Shown in pieces: positions 36,125-48,944 of a DNA stretch of 64,000 nucleotides. Under the pieces are notes generated by a model. It had not been told where the DNA came from. It was given only the letters and a program-made list of their open reading frames with translations, and did not search any database. The DNA lies in NCBI RefSeq assembly GCF_004010195.1, contig NC_057719.1, positions 17,980,476-18,044,475 on the forward strand, in the 5' to 3' direction. Origin of the DNA: Chiloscyllium plagiosum (Eukaryota). Position numbers and translations under genes: made by a program. Every line of letters begins with the position of its first letter. The stretch's first letter is position 1.

Positions 36125-36842
36125 AAAGTCACCTTAGAAGCAGTGGATGAAGGGGAACGAAATAATCTACAGTGATTAGATTTTGGGAAGGCATTTGATG
36201 AGGTGACATGTCAAAGGTTAATTGCAGAAAATAAAAGCTTATGGCATAAGGTGCAATGAATTAACATGGAGAGAAGCTTTCCAGCTAACAGGAAACAGAT
36301 ATTGAGTACAAATATGTCATTTTTTTGCTTGGCAAGATGTTAGGACTAATGTACCACAGGAATCAATGCTGGGACTTCAATTTTTTACAATTTGTATAAA
36401 TAAGGGGATACAAGATATGGCTGCTGATGAAGCAAAAGTTGATAGGTAAGTAAGTTGTGATGAGGTCACATGAGGATACAAAGGGATATAAATGGTGGGT
36501 TAAGAGCTGGTAAATGAAGTACAATGTAGGAAAACATGAAATGTTCCTATTTGAGAGAATCTGTTTCAAAGCAAAGAGCCACCAATTTAAGACACATAAA
36601 GACAATGTTGTTCTCACAGAAGATTTTGAGTCTTTGGAACTCTCTTCCTCAAAAGATGATAGAAGCAGAGATGAGGATATTTTTAAAGCAGAGGTGGATA
36701 GATTCTTGATAACTTAGAGGGTGAAAGATTATCGTGGGTATGGGGGATTGTGGAGAAATCAGATCAGCCATGACCTAATTAAATGATAGAGCAAGCTTGA
36801 GGGGTCTAGTGACCTACACTTACTCCTAATATATATTATATG
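36125..36842 (+). mobile_element. Decayed CR1 with internal deletions
   Basis: TTAGATTTTGGGAAGGCATTTGATGAGGTG (LDF.KAFD.V), GTACCACAGGAATCAATGCTGGGAC (VPQ.S.LG), CR1 3'UTR. Confidence 0.8.
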
Positions 36843-39800
36843 AGTGTTAATATATTCTCCCAAACATATAAGTAGTGGTCAGGATAGTTCATAATGGCTA
36901 TACTATTCCATAGTTGATCGCTTAATATTTCCTGTAGGCATTCATAATGTTTTCAAAGTTTTCGCTCTGGTGTGCAGTAGTTTTGTAACTACATGCAGCA
37001 ATGATGTTGATATACCTCTGGGACACACTGCAACTTTTTCCATGAGTGGCAATGACTATTGTTGTTAAACGCATAAAAATAAACCAGAAACTGAAGTAGA
37101 AGCCTGACTTAAAAAATCAAATTGCATCGACATTGGGACTCAACAAACTTTGGAAAGTTTCAAGACTGTGTTCAACTCTTGGAAGTTAAGCTCAACATTA
37201 GGAACCTGCCCTGCATCAGTTATATGTTATTCAAACTCTTTGGGTGATTTATTATGTGCTTGATTGCCAGGTTTGTCTTGCACTCACCATTCAAGAAAGC
37301 GCTTTTAATAGCCTGCGTATGTCTCAATATGTGAGGTCTGACGTCATGCAATTCATAATCTGTCAGATCCTTTCTCACTGTTGTTGTGTTCAAAGAAAGA
37401 CAATCCTGAGATCAAAAGAAAATGTTAATGCAAAAACAGAAAACCAATTCAGTGCTTCAGACATATTGGAAATAATACCAGTCACTGCTCTCGACTTTAA
37501 ACCTATTATCTAATTTTGAGGTGCATTAAATGACAGAGGCACTGTCAGCTTTGTTCTCACAGTGTAAGGTAAAGTTTCAAACCCCCTAAGCAGCTTATCT
37601 TCTTCAGGGGTATTTCATGTCTTCAAGTGTGTTACCTCAGGAAATCCACTACTTTTTAGGCAACAAGCAAGGTGCTGGAAATTGCCCATAACATTGTTAA
37701 AAATATCAGTCATGGAACGTGAGACAATGCAGAACAAATTCAATTGGACTGCACTCCAGTAACAAAACACTTTTTGATAAGAGTAGCTGTCAGAAATAGG
37801 TCTACTACACTGCTGTCCCAGTTCTCTAGTCCACATTTAGCAAGGTTCTGACTCTGGAGTGCAGTGAAAGTGAATTCGCCCTTCTATCTTGAGTTGAGTC
37901 TAACTTTTGTCCTACCCTGTGCTGTGTCATTCTCAGTACCAAACTTGACTGGAAAACCTCCCTATGAAACCTCCCTTAGACCTCACTAGATTGTGGTCTG
38001 CTAGTGTTACCAAATAAGTATACCGCAATAGATCACAAGACTATGTAGGATTGAATTATCTCAAACTACATAACTGACATTGAGGGGGGAGGTGTATATA
38101 TGGTTCAGTGATTGTAATGGTTTTTGTTATCATCCAGAGACTAACTGTGCTACAAAGACTCAAAATACTCCAAGTTAAATTCCTAAATTGTCGTGAATGA
38201 CCTAGTGCCCAGTTATAGGATCTTAATTATGGATAAAGTGCATTGAAGGCTTGCGACAATATTTTTTAAAAAATTGTTTTCAGATGACTTTTCTTTCTGA
38301 CTTAATTTCAGTGTAATGTACAGCTCAATGCAAAACAAATCTCCCTGTACTCTGACGAGAAGGATTTGTTACTTTAAATTCAAAGATATGAATTGTGCTG
38401 TTGAAATAAGCCCAGAAAGCTGTGGATATTGTCTTGGTGTGATGTAGCCTGAAGAGTTACAGATCATGAAGCCTAGAATTAGACAAGATAGCTGTTTTTT
38501 TCAGCTGGCAAGGACACAATGAGCCAAATGGCCTCCTTCCATCCTGTAAATTCTTCAGTGTTTTGTAGTTTTTCTTTGTTTTCCTCATTGTGGAAGCAGT
38601 AAGACTTCTCCCAGCTCCACACAACATTTGGGGGAAATTACGCACCTCTCTACAATCTCCCAACTGTCCCCAACTCCACTGTATATCCATTGTGACCTGG
38701 ACCATGCATGTAGCAGTCATCTTTGGTTCTTCCTGGAACAGACAGACTGTTTTTGGAGCTGGAACCCATGCCTGTAGTAAGAAGCAAGAATGGCTGGCAG
38801 AAAATATTCCTGTCATTGTTTTTAGTCATGTGAACTGCACCCAGTTCTCTCCCAAATAGGGAAAAGCTCCAGTTGCAAGGCAAATATCTCAAGTTACCAT
38901 AATATCAACAAACTTCAAAAATCATTGAATGGTTAAATGAACCTTAGTTCTCCACAACACATAATGCCAAATTCAAACAAGCATACTTGCACATCATTGA
39001 TGTATGTGTATGCACATCTCATAGAATCCTCAAAGAATCCCTAGAGTGTGGAAGTGACCCATTCAGCCCATTACGTCCACACCTGACTCTCAAAAGAACA
39101 GCACACCCAGATCCATCTATACTGACAAACACTTACACATAGAGACTGTTATACTCAATTCTTCAATAGTCCAGTGTTTGATTGTGTGCATTCACTTAAC
39201 TGTCTTCTGTACTGTTGGTCAAGCTAAGGTGTGATTACTGAGAAAGGGAAGTTATGAGTAAGTTGGAAGCTGTGGCTTCAGACATTTCAGATGCATTGTA
39301 AATAAGGCTCCTTTTCAGATACAGAAATTGGTTTCAGCTCTGTAATCTCCAAGACACAGAGCAACAATAGGCGAAGAGGATGGTGGGTTTAAACCTACTA
39401 GTTCAGTCACATTTCCTGTCTTTGCAGAGAGATCCAGCAGGGGATTGGTGAATTTGGGAGCTCAGGATCAATGTTTACACTACTGGAATGGATAGTTCAG
39501 AATTAGAGGCAACCTGAAAGAGTACAATGCTTCTATATCGTTTTGGGGTAAATGGTCAATATGCATTCAAGAAGCTGTCAGATGAAGACACGTCTATGTG
39601 TGATATGGAAGTAACTGCTTTAAAATGTTTATCAAGCCATGAAAAACCATAAGGATTGCAAAAGACTACACTCCGCTGAAGGGAAGAATTGAGCCAAAAA
39701 CAATATATGGCAGCATTATGGTAGTTTGGATACTACATGTTAATTTTACACTCTAAGTAATTTGTGGTCAGTTACTTGAAAGAAAGTTCATTCTATGAAC

Positions 39801-40079
39801 TTGGAATGCCTTCTCAATGCAATATTATTGATTTAATCTTGGAAAAAGTAATGAGATTGGCAGATTCAAAGAGGTTACACAGAAATGCCTTCTCAGGTTC
39901 AGACCTTCAGAGGCATCTTGCCTAACTGCACTAAGGGTAAGGGCTCCAGGTAAAGCAGCCTCTAGACACTCAACAACATACGCCTCACTACAGGTAGATA
40001 CCTCAAACATTGGCCCAAATTCTGGAAAATGAGCCAAAATGCCATGTTTAGCTTGAGCAAAAAATGTAACTTATACTTA

Positions 40080-40468
40080 AGACTTGTAGAGATTTATAAA
40101 ATTCTCACAGGACTGGACAGGGAGGATGTTCCTGGCAATGGGTGTATCCAGAACCAGAGATCACTGTCAGAGGATTTGGGGTGGACCATTTATGACTGTG
40201 TTTAGGAAACATTTATTCACACAAAGAATGGTGAGCCTTTAGAATTCATTACCACAGGAAGTGGCTTATGCCAAAACATTTCATGTATTCAAGAGGCAGC
40301 TAGATACAGCACTTGGGGCAAATGGGATCAAAGATTATGGGGAGAAAGCAGGATTAGGCTGTTGGGTTAGGCGATCAACCATGATTGTGATGAATGGTGG
40401 AGCAGGCTCGAAGGGCTGAATAGCCTCCTCCTGCTGCTATCTTGTATATGTTTCTATGTTTCTATGTT
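40080..40468 (+). mobile_element. CR1 3' end
   Basis: Homologous to 50-437; tail TATGTTTCTATGTTTCTATGT. Confidence 0.9.
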
Positions 40469-41238
40469 AAAATGAAATTACTTTGCAAAAGTGTGCACAT
40501 CACTGAGAAAGAGAACTTCATTGGTTTGGCAAGTGGGTAAGACTCTTCCTGACAGGGAATGTGTACATCATCATGGATGTTAAAACACCACATCAGTTTA
40601 AGGAATCCTCACTGACATTGATGCAGAAGAAGCCATATTGACAAGAAGCTCTTTGATCTTTATTTTATCAAATGTACTTCATCCTGTGTGAAATATTCTT
40701 CAAGCTTGCGACAATTTGACTATTGCAGTTTCAGACTGAGGAAAATTCCAGTATGCTAAAAAAAATCGCTCTCGACAGGTTCATTTTCTATATAGCCAAC
40801 AGTATTAGAGTCAATCCTTTTAATAGGATAACTTTAAACTTGGATGCTCTGCAGCACAGATGAATATGTTGACAACCCAGACTATATACAATGATTTCCT
40901 TTCTCTGTTGTTAGATTTGCGGAGATCAAAGGTCACTGTAATACTTTTCATATTGATACATCAATGTGGCCAGTTTCACAAAGTTCAAAAGGTTTATAAT
41001 TTGTAATCTATGCCAAAGTGTCGTAGAAGCTAAAATAATTAGAGGCAGTCAGTATCACTGAGCAGTAGTATCACCTAACCTTAGTTTTGCATGATGCAAA
41101 AACTGAATTTAGATCTTGTGTCAACTTTAAGGCAATCAATAAAGCAATTATTCCAGACAAGTCCAGCTTCAAGCTAAGAACTATTGGTGTGATTTCTTGA
41201 TTCTACAGAGTTCATGACGCACAATGGAGATAACTTTG

Positions 41239-41310
41239 CCCGAAACGTCGATTTTGCTGAAGCTCCTCGATGCTGCCTGAATTGCTGTGCTCTTCCAGCA
41301 CCATTGATCC
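41239..41310 (+). mobile_element. 72-bp PLE terminal-repeat insertion, 11-bp TSD
   Basis: AGATAACTTTG at 41228-41238 and 41311-41321; starts CCCGAAACGTCGATTTTGCTG. Confidence 0.9.
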
Positions 41311-41355
41311 AGATAACTTTGGATACCACTACTTGAGCAAAGCTAATTGATAATA

Positions 41356-41695
41356 GGGTGGCATGGTGACTCAGTGGTTAGCCCTGTTCCCTCACAGCAC
41401 CAAGAACTCGGGTTTGATCCCAGCCTCGGGCGACTGTCTGTGTGGAGTTTGCACATTCTCCCCGTGTCTGTGTGGGTTTCTTCGGGTGCTCTGGTTCCCT
41501 CCCACAATCCAAAGATGTGCATGTGAGGTGAATTGGCCATGCTAAATTTCCCACAGGTGTTCAGGGATGTGTAGGCTAGGTGCATTAGTCAGGGGTAAAT
41601 ATAGGAGAATGGGTCTGGGTGGGTTACTCTTCAGAGGGTCAGTGTGGACTTTTGGGCCGAAGGCCCTGTTTCCACACTGTATGAATTCTAATCAC
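41356..41695 (+). mobile_element. HE1-type V-SINE
   Basis: Full head, V domain and tail GGGCCGAAGGCCCTGTTTCCACACTGTA. Confidence 0.92.
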
Positions 41696-42034
41696 TTACA
41701 GGTACTTTTACTCACAAACCTGAGTTTCATTAAAATATCCTATGGATTTCATTCTGCATTTAGTGCATTCTGGAAGATAACTTCTTCAGTCCTGTCAGAT
41801 ACTGAGCAAATGCTCAGACTTCATGCTGACATTGTTATCTGTGGATGGAGTGAAGCAGTCATGGAAGGGGCAAAGCAGAACATGGTATGTGGTTGTCAGC
41901 AAATTGGACTTGAAGAGTGCAATTTTACATTTGACAAGAAGAAATGCACATTTGTGACATTTGAGGATGAGATATGCAACATATCAGCTCTTCTTTTCTA
42001 CCTGCCTAAGTGTATAACCTCACAGTTCCCACCT

Positions 42035-42240
42035 TAGATTCCATCTGCCAGGTTTTCTGCCTTCTCACTTAACCTGTCCATACTGATGTACAGACTCTTT
42101 GTGTTATCCTCACTATTTGGCATCCCACATATTTTCATGTCATTTGCAGATGAAATGACAATACATTCATGTCTATCATCCAAGTCATTAACATATATTG
42201 TAAATAATTCTGGCCTCACTGATCTCTCCGGCACTACTTA
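42035..42240 (-). mobile_element. CR1 RT fragment
   Basis: rc ORF PERSVRPELFTIYVNDLDD..CIVISSANDMKICG. Confidence 0.8.
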
Positions 42241-43269
42241 CAGGTTCTTTAAAGTCCTTTATTGCAGCATAGTTTTTAACAACTCAACACCTTCCATCAA
42301 TTCGCTAATGAATGACTGTAGTCTGATGGGGATTGTCAGTCGCTGATAAAATTAGTCCTATTTTTGGACAGGTGTGTGTGTGTATGTGTGTGTGAAGTTT
42401 ACACACCTGAATGTGTGTCTGTCTGACAACAGTTCATATGTGCTTTGTGAAAACATAATGTTGTCAGATACTCTGAACAAAGTGAATTTTTGATTTAGCC
42501 AACAATAAAGATTTCTTTCAACATCAGTGAAGTGGGTTTGGAGTGACAGGTCTAGCAGGTAAATGCAAGTTTTCTGTGTATATGATATTATTGTAAGAGC
42601 CTGGACTGCTTGGTTTAATAATATACACGAGGGGGCGAATACCAGAGGGGTTCCTTCTGCTAAGTACTACTGAGAGGCACAGTGCCAACTCAATGAATAA
42701 GCTGGGTTCCTGAGCTGGCAACCGATGTTTATGTGATGATAGCACTATTCAAAGGTTTACTTTGATCTTGGTTAGCGTGGATGTTCCGATCAGTTCAAAT
42801 AGAAAATGGATTACTTTTTTCTCCTGTTGATGATCTCGTACTAAAGGGTGCTCACTTCAGAATGATGATAACTGCTGTCTGTTTATGTGCCAGTACTTCT
42901 GTGAGCAAAATTGATATTGGCTGCATTGTGTTTTCTGAGATTTGTGCAGGATTAGAAGGAACAAAAAAAATTTTCTTTGCAGCAGTCAAGGTAGGAGGGT
43001 GACCTTTGTGAGAGATTGTCCTGTTTCACAGGTGTCAGAGCCTGGCAGTTTCAAGGCAGGAGCTGTAATTAAGCTAATGACTTAACAACCATAACAATGG
43101 TCTTTGACGTCACCAGTTTAAGTAACAACCCTTATGAAGGAATGGCCCCCAGCCAGTTTGTTAACCAACGGCTTTTGATTGGAGCTGTGCTTCCCAATCT
43201 TACATCTGTTTGGGGATCAGGCCCAGAATATGCACTTTGTCACTAGTGTCAATTCGGTCACCGCATTGT

Positions 43270-43690
43270 CTCTTCTCGGGCAGTCTGTCAGGATTGAGGG
43301 TGACTGGCTTCAACTCCAGTCCGGACTGTTTCTGAAATGGACTGACACGCACAATCCACTCAACCACACGTGGGGCAGCTGCTGCTTGAAGGTTTGGGTA
43401 GGAAGCGAGTGCACTCTCCCTTCCGATCACCCAGCTTCATCTTGGCACAGCCCTGACAAAATCTCTTCAACCTTTTGGCGCTTTCCCCAATCAGCCTTCT
43501 TCATTTTTTAGTCCATCACAATCTAGAGTCTCCCATGATTCAGCGGAAATGTTTGACCTCTTCAGGGATATTTTGTGGGTTTTTATGGAGAGTTTCCAAC
43601 GTCCTCCTGGGATTGTCCAGTGGTGACTGAGTGTCAAGTGAACTGATTGCTTTGGGAGTACTGGGCTCAGAAATATGAACAGGATGCCGC
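43270..43690 (-). mobile_element. RTE-clade LINE 3' fragment
   Basis: rc PKQ..PGGRWK..KISLKRSNISAESWETLDCD..RRLI..CPTCG, resembling an RTE ORF C-terminus with a Cys motif. Confidence 0.65.
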
Positions 43691-43857
43691 ACAGGTGAAG
43701 GCAGCAGACGTCAGTGAGATGAAGAAAGTGCATGATTGTGGTGTCATTGAAACACTGATGTCCTTGTTGATTCCACAGTAGGTATTCCTATTAAAATAGT
43801 TAAAAATGGGCTGAAGATAATCTCGCAGGGTGAGAATTCTGAGTGGTCTGAAATGAA

Positions 43858-43942
43858 ACAAAAAGAGAAATTAATGGAAAAGCTCAGCATGTGAGGAGAA
43901 ATCAGAGTTAACATTTCAAGTCCAGTGACCCTTCTTCAGAAC
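43858..43942 (-). mobile_element. PLE terminal repeat starting at hammerhead, 11-bp TSD
   Basis: TCTGAAATGAA at 43847-43857 and 43943-43953; rc GTT-CTGAAGA-A-GGGTC ACTG GACTT-GAAAT-GTT-AACT. Confidence 0.9.
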
Positions 43943-44311
43943 TCTGAAATGAATCTTGCAATTTTTTTAACATGCCTTCGGTCCCAAGTTACCATCTCAA
44001 AGGATTCAGATGCCTATTTAAGATAGATGTTCAAAGTGCTGAAGTAATTTGCACTACAGATTTAGTAGTAGGCCAAATGTCTGCAAAGCCTGTATACAGG
44101 TCATCCTGCTGTGAATTGCCAAATAAACCAAAGGTATTGTGGCAAAGTGCTGAGTGTGATTTCACCAAAATTAAATTGGCTAAGAGTCTTATGGAACTGG
44201 TCAATACTTAACACCCATTAAATCCTTCAGAGAAGCACTTCTGGACAAACTCAAAGAATATACTATTTTAAACTCTGTTAGAAGAAGGACACAATGTTGA
44301 AGCAATTGCTA

Positions 44312-44412
44312 AATAAAAACTGAAAGACCTGTGGATGCTGTAGTAACTCTGATTTCTCTCCACAGGTGCTGCCAGACCTGCTGAGCTTTTCCAGCAATTT
44401 CTGTTTTTGTTT
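44312..44412. mobile_element. PLE terminal-repeat remnant with short inversion
   Basis: TAACTCTGATTTCTCTCCACAGGTGCTGCCAGACCTGCTGAGCTTTTCCAGC preceded by an inverted tail piece. Confidence 0.8.
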
Positions 44413-44499
44413 AAAGCAGTTGAAGTTAATTAGCTGCATCCGCAAGAGCTTAGCTTTGAAACAATAACTGCGGCCATCAACAGGTTGAGTGGATCATCC

Positions 44500-45012
44500 A
44501 AATCTTGTGTAAGTTGTGGCTTGTCTTGCCACCAAGACAGGGCCAGTATTTCATGATGAATGTAAGCTATGCACCACTAGAGGACACTGGGCTACTTTGC
44601 ATAAGAAATCCAATTGCCCAGAGAAACCCAAAGTACAACACAATGCCTGATAATAGCTTGTGAAGAGCTAGCCAAGGAACAATGATAAAGACACTTCCAC
44701 AGTTCTGTCCATGGCAAAGTTCAAGAGGTAACCACAATATAAGCACTTAAAAACCCAGTCAGTCAGCACATGTGATAAATGTGACATTCTTGTATAAAAA
44801 TACTAACCTGCAGTTACTCTCTCTGTTTCATTGAGTCAAAGTCATATATTCAGACAATAATAGTAACATCAGTAAGCACAGAACCCAGACTATTTGTGTA
44901 GGTATATGAATAGTCAGTGTAATTAATAAATTTCAAGACATCTGTCTCAACAAGAAGGTCTTTATGCTCTGTGTCATTTGGATTAACAGGCAGAAAACCA
45001 CAAAGTACATGA
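44500..45012 (+). mobile_element. Possible solo LTR-like repeat (family of 22457-23092)
   Basis: Shared 3' block AATAAATTTCAAGACATCTGTCTCAACAAGAA..AGAAAACCACAAAGT; 5' limit uncertain. Confidence 0.4.
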
Positions 45013-45289
45013 GAAACTACAAGCCAAAGTTCTGTTTTTTTTTAAATCAATAAGCATCAATTTGCATGATTCAAGGGAAAACAGGCGATTCTCTCAGTGC
45101 TGAGTAATATACCTCTGCCAGCTCGTTTCTCCAGAAACAGTTTAACTTCAGTTTGCTTCTGGTGAGATGTTGCTATCCACAAGGTGACTGACTGCCATGC
45201 CTGTCCACATCATGGCCACCATAGCAAGTTGTTCTTTCTGAGCTATTTCCAGACATTTCTGAAAAAACGTCATATGTAGAGATGTTGAT

Positions 45290-46285
45290 TATTAAAGAAA
45301 GGAAATCGTGCTGAAGGTTATAAAGTTCTGATGAGCTCCCAAATGCAGTATTACATCCATGTCAGGCATTTTAGGAAGAATGTGAAGCACTTGAGAGGAT
45401 GCAGAGGGGATTTCTAAAAATTGTTTCTGAATTTATTCATCCACTCATAATTGCCCATTGGGTAAATAAGACTCAACCACATTGCTGTGGGTCTGGAGTC
45501 ACATGTAGGTCAGACCAGGTCAGAAGGGCAGATTTTCTTCCCTGTAGGACCTTGAGTCATACAGTCGTGCAGCATGGAAATAGACCCTTCAGTGCAACCA
45601 CTCCATGCTGACCATGTTCCCAAACTAAATTTGACAGAATTGTCATTGCAATGAAGAATTTCAGAAGGTTACGTTGGAGATAGTGGAGTTTTTCAATCGG
45701 AACAAATGGCAATGAGGGAAAGTTGTTAGCATATACAATGTTATGACTGCAAGAGGAGATATGCTTCAGTTATACAGGCCATTGGTGAGACCGCATTTGG
45801 AGTACTATGTATGTCACTGGTCACCATATCGACAGAAGGACGTTAATATAGTTCAGGGTGACTCATGAGGAAAGGTTAAACAGGCTAAGCCCGTATCCTC
45901 CGGAATTTAAAAGCTTCAGAGATGACTTAAATTAAATATTGAAAATCTTGAGTAGGCTTGAATAGATGGATGTTGAAATGTGTTTTCTCTTGTCAGAGAA
46001 TCCAGAACTACAGCCATTGCTTAAAACTAGGGCTTCCATTTAAAACATAGATGAGGAAATATTTTCTGTTTCCCTCTGAGGGTTGTAAGCCTTTGGAATT
46101 CCTTTACATATTTTTAAGACAGACTTCGATAGATCCTTAGGTTACAAAGGGGTGAAAGGTTATCAGGAATAGGCAGAAATGTAGAAGGTTAAAATCAGAT
46201 TGGTGGTCAGCTTAGTGAATGGCAGAACAGGCTCAAAGGGAAGAATGGTCTCCTCTTGCCCCTTGTTTGAATTTTTCTGTGTTTG
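45290..46285 (+). mobile_element. Decayed CR1 pieces with nested SINE (45430-45550, minus) and CR1 3'UTR (45555-45630, minus)
   Basis: TTGGTGAGACCGCATTTGGAGTACTATGTA (LVRPHLEYYV); SINE core GGGTCTGGAGTCACATGTAGG. Confidence 0.75.
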
Positions 46286-46321
46286 TGTGACAACTTAGAG
46301 AAAATACACAGTGAAAAGAAA

Positions 46322-46636
46322 AAATTGCTGGAAACCATAACTGGACAGGCAGCATCCATAGAGAGAGAGCAAGCTAACATTTCGAGTCTAGAAGACTCTT
46401 CATCAGAGCTGAAGTGAAATGTGGAGGGGATAGCATTTATGCTGTGGTGGAGGTGTGGAGTGCTGGGGGAGGAAGGGTGTAGATAGCGTAGGGTGTTGAC
46501 ACATCACATCAGCTCTGATGAAGAGTCATCTGGACTTGAAACATTAACTCACTTTCTCTCCATGGATGCTGCCTGACCTGCTGTGATTTCCCAAATTTTC
46601 TGTTTTCAGTATAGATTCCAGCATCTGAAGTAATTT
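46322..46636. mobile_element. PLE-derived fold-back insertion with two opposed hammerhead motifs
   Basis: Minus motif 46372-46410 and plus motif ~46511-46549 (AGCT-CTGATGA-A-GAGTC ATCTG GACTT-GAAACATT-AACT) separated by a ~100-bp spacer. Confidence 0.9.
46372..46410 (-). ncRNA. Minimal type-I hammerhead ribozyme motif
   Basis: rc AGCU-CUGAUGA-A-GAGUC UUCUA GACUC-GAAAU-GUU-AGCU: 4-bp helix I, 5-bp helix II, U-G wobble in helix III. Confidence 0.8.
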
Positions 46637-46929
46637 TCACCAACATAGACACAGTGAAAAGCTGTTCCCATTAGCTGATGGCCCAAGGGTGAGTAACCCA
46701 GATTCAAAGTTCTGGGCAAAGCGTTTGGGGAGAATATGAGAAAAAAAAGTTTCCCACAGTAAGCATTAATGAACTGGAAACTGGATTGGAAATTGGAGAG
46801 AAGTAAATCCATAGGGCTGAAGGAACAGAGCAAGGAAATAGGATTGATTGAATTGTCATAAACGCAGATAGCATTGATTCAATGGGACAAATAGCTGTGG
46901 TAGCTCCATGACTTTATGACTCATTAGAC

Positions 46930-47216
46930 TGGCATGATAGCTCTGTGGCTTGCACTGCTGTTTCACAGCATTGGGAACCTGGGTTCAATTCAGGTGACTG
47001 TCTGTGTGGGTTTACACATTCTTCTTGTGTCTGTGTGGGTTTCCTCCCATGTGTGCAGGTTAGGTGGATTAGCCAGTCTAAATTACCCATTGCTTTTTAG
47101 GATGTGTAGATTTGATGGTTAGCCATGAGAACTGCAGGGTCATACGGTTGGGTCTGGTTGGAATGCTATTCAGAGGGTCAGTTGGGTTGAATGGCGGATT
47201 TCCACACTATAGGGAT
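46930..47216 (+). mobile_element. Diverged HE1-type V-SINE
   Basis: GGTTCAATTC B box; GTCTGTGTGGGTTTACACATTCTTCTTGTGTCTG. Confidence 0.8.
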
Positions 47217-47263
47217 GTGCTCAAGGATATTGAAAAAAATCATTCTTTTACTATTGTGTATTG

Positions 47264-47600
47264 TGGGAGGTAATGGCCTAGAGGTATTATCACTGGTCTG
47301 TTAATCCAAATACTCATATAATGTTTTGGGGATCATGCTTCAAATCCTGTCATGGCAGATGGTGAAATTTGAATTTAATACATACCTGGAATTAAGTCTC
47401 TAACGACCATTGAACCATTGACAGAAAAACCCATCTGGTTGACTAAAGTCCTTTAGGTAATGAAATCTGCCATTCTTACCTGGGTCCGGCCTACATGTGA
47501 CTCCAGACCGACAACAATGTGGTTGACTCTTAACTTGGCAATTAGGTATGGGCAATAAATGCTGGCCTAGCCAGCAACATTTCATCCCGTGAATGAATTT
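47264..47600 (+). mobile_element. tRNA-derived SINE (second family)
   Basis: TGGCCTAGAGGTATTATC..AAAAACCCATCTGGTT..CCTACATGTGACTCCAGAC..GGGCAATAAATGCTGGCCTAGCCAGC. Confidence 0.92.
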
Positions 47601-48269
47601 TTTTTAAAAAAGCCACTTGTTTAGCACTTGTATAAGAATCAGAATCATTAAAGGATACTGTCCAATTTAATTTGAAAATCTGGGCTTCTCCCATAAAGTT
47701 TGCTTCCATGACCCACCAATTTTTTAACAATTCTTATTTGTGTTCAAAATCAGGACAGATCTAAAAAAGGGTTAATTTTTACATATCCACGGTTATCTTT
47801 GACAAGGTTTCATGTCATAAAGTTTCTTCATAGCCTGAGGCCCTTGCTGTTCTCAGCCCAATTTTAGATACTTTATTTCTGATTGATAGCCAGGTAAAGG
47901 ACAATGAACTCGAGCAGCGGACTACACAACCTCAACATCACCTTGGAACTGCTCTGGAGGGCAATACCTGAGTTGGTAACTTTCTTGAGCTGTTGCAAAG
48001 AATTAATCTGATTTATTTTAGAAGGCTACTACGATACTTCATGGCACTTTTGTGGAGGCTTTTATTGCCAGGCTAATGCCTGGTATATTCTGTAACCACC
48101 CTTCCACTGATCATAATGTATCATCAGTTGTGGATATACAAAACGTGTTCCCTTTTGCATTACCCAACTATTGCAATGCAAAATCTGATGTAGTATTGAT
48201 TGCCAGCTATGTGGACCATTCCTGTGATCATCATCAATGATAGTACTTATTCAAATAACTCTTTTCACA

Positions 48270-48560
48270 AAGTATTTCCCAAAGGCATAAGGAAAGACGA
48301 ACTATGCTTACCTAAAGGAGACTTTAGGATGGCTTTGGTTAGGGGGAAGTGGAGATGGGCTTTGCTGATACTTCAGTTCGGTTTTAAAGTCCTTTGCAAA
48401 GGAAGAAATGGGAGTTCCTGGAGGAAATTTCAGACCATGCAGGCAAGATTGCATAAATCCAACCGTCAGTTGAAAAGCTGGGGTAAAGGAAGTGAAGATG
48501 TGTACAAGGGCAAGTTCAAAAGAATGGTGAAGTTGAGAGAAATTAAAGATTTATAGAGAA
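48270..48560 (-). mobile_element. Old L2 3' remnant
   Basis: Purine-rich pattern resembling rc of 56340-56590. Confidence 0.4.
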
Positions 48561-48944
48561 AGTGTGGAGCATTTGAAATGCTTGGAATGTGTGCTATGAT
48601 CCCTGTGAAGACTGATGACTGCAAGAAAATATATGACTTTCCCAGGGACCATTGCAAAGCATCACAAGGTAAGATATGGCATTTTAAGACTTTTACTACA
48701 GCAAAAAATCTGAAATCAATATTGCTTAAACATTATTTATCAGGCATCTCATATGGGAGACCACAGAAAGATACTCCCCATTAACATCTTGACAAAACTG
48801 AAAATCACACCACATTTATACATTATGCCATACCCTTAGCAAAAATTTAGTCTTATTTTCAAACTCTCAAACTCTTTGCACCTTTAACAGGACCTTTTCT
48901 CCTTGACTAACAGGGTGAATCTTTCAGCGAACAAACACAAACAG

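Noticed and set aside
41567..42037. 156-aa ORF
   Set aside because: Starts inside the HE1 SINE; no recognisable domain or splice signals
42732..42870. C/D box snoRNA (several TGATGA)
   Set aside because: No properly placed CTGA D box or terminal stem
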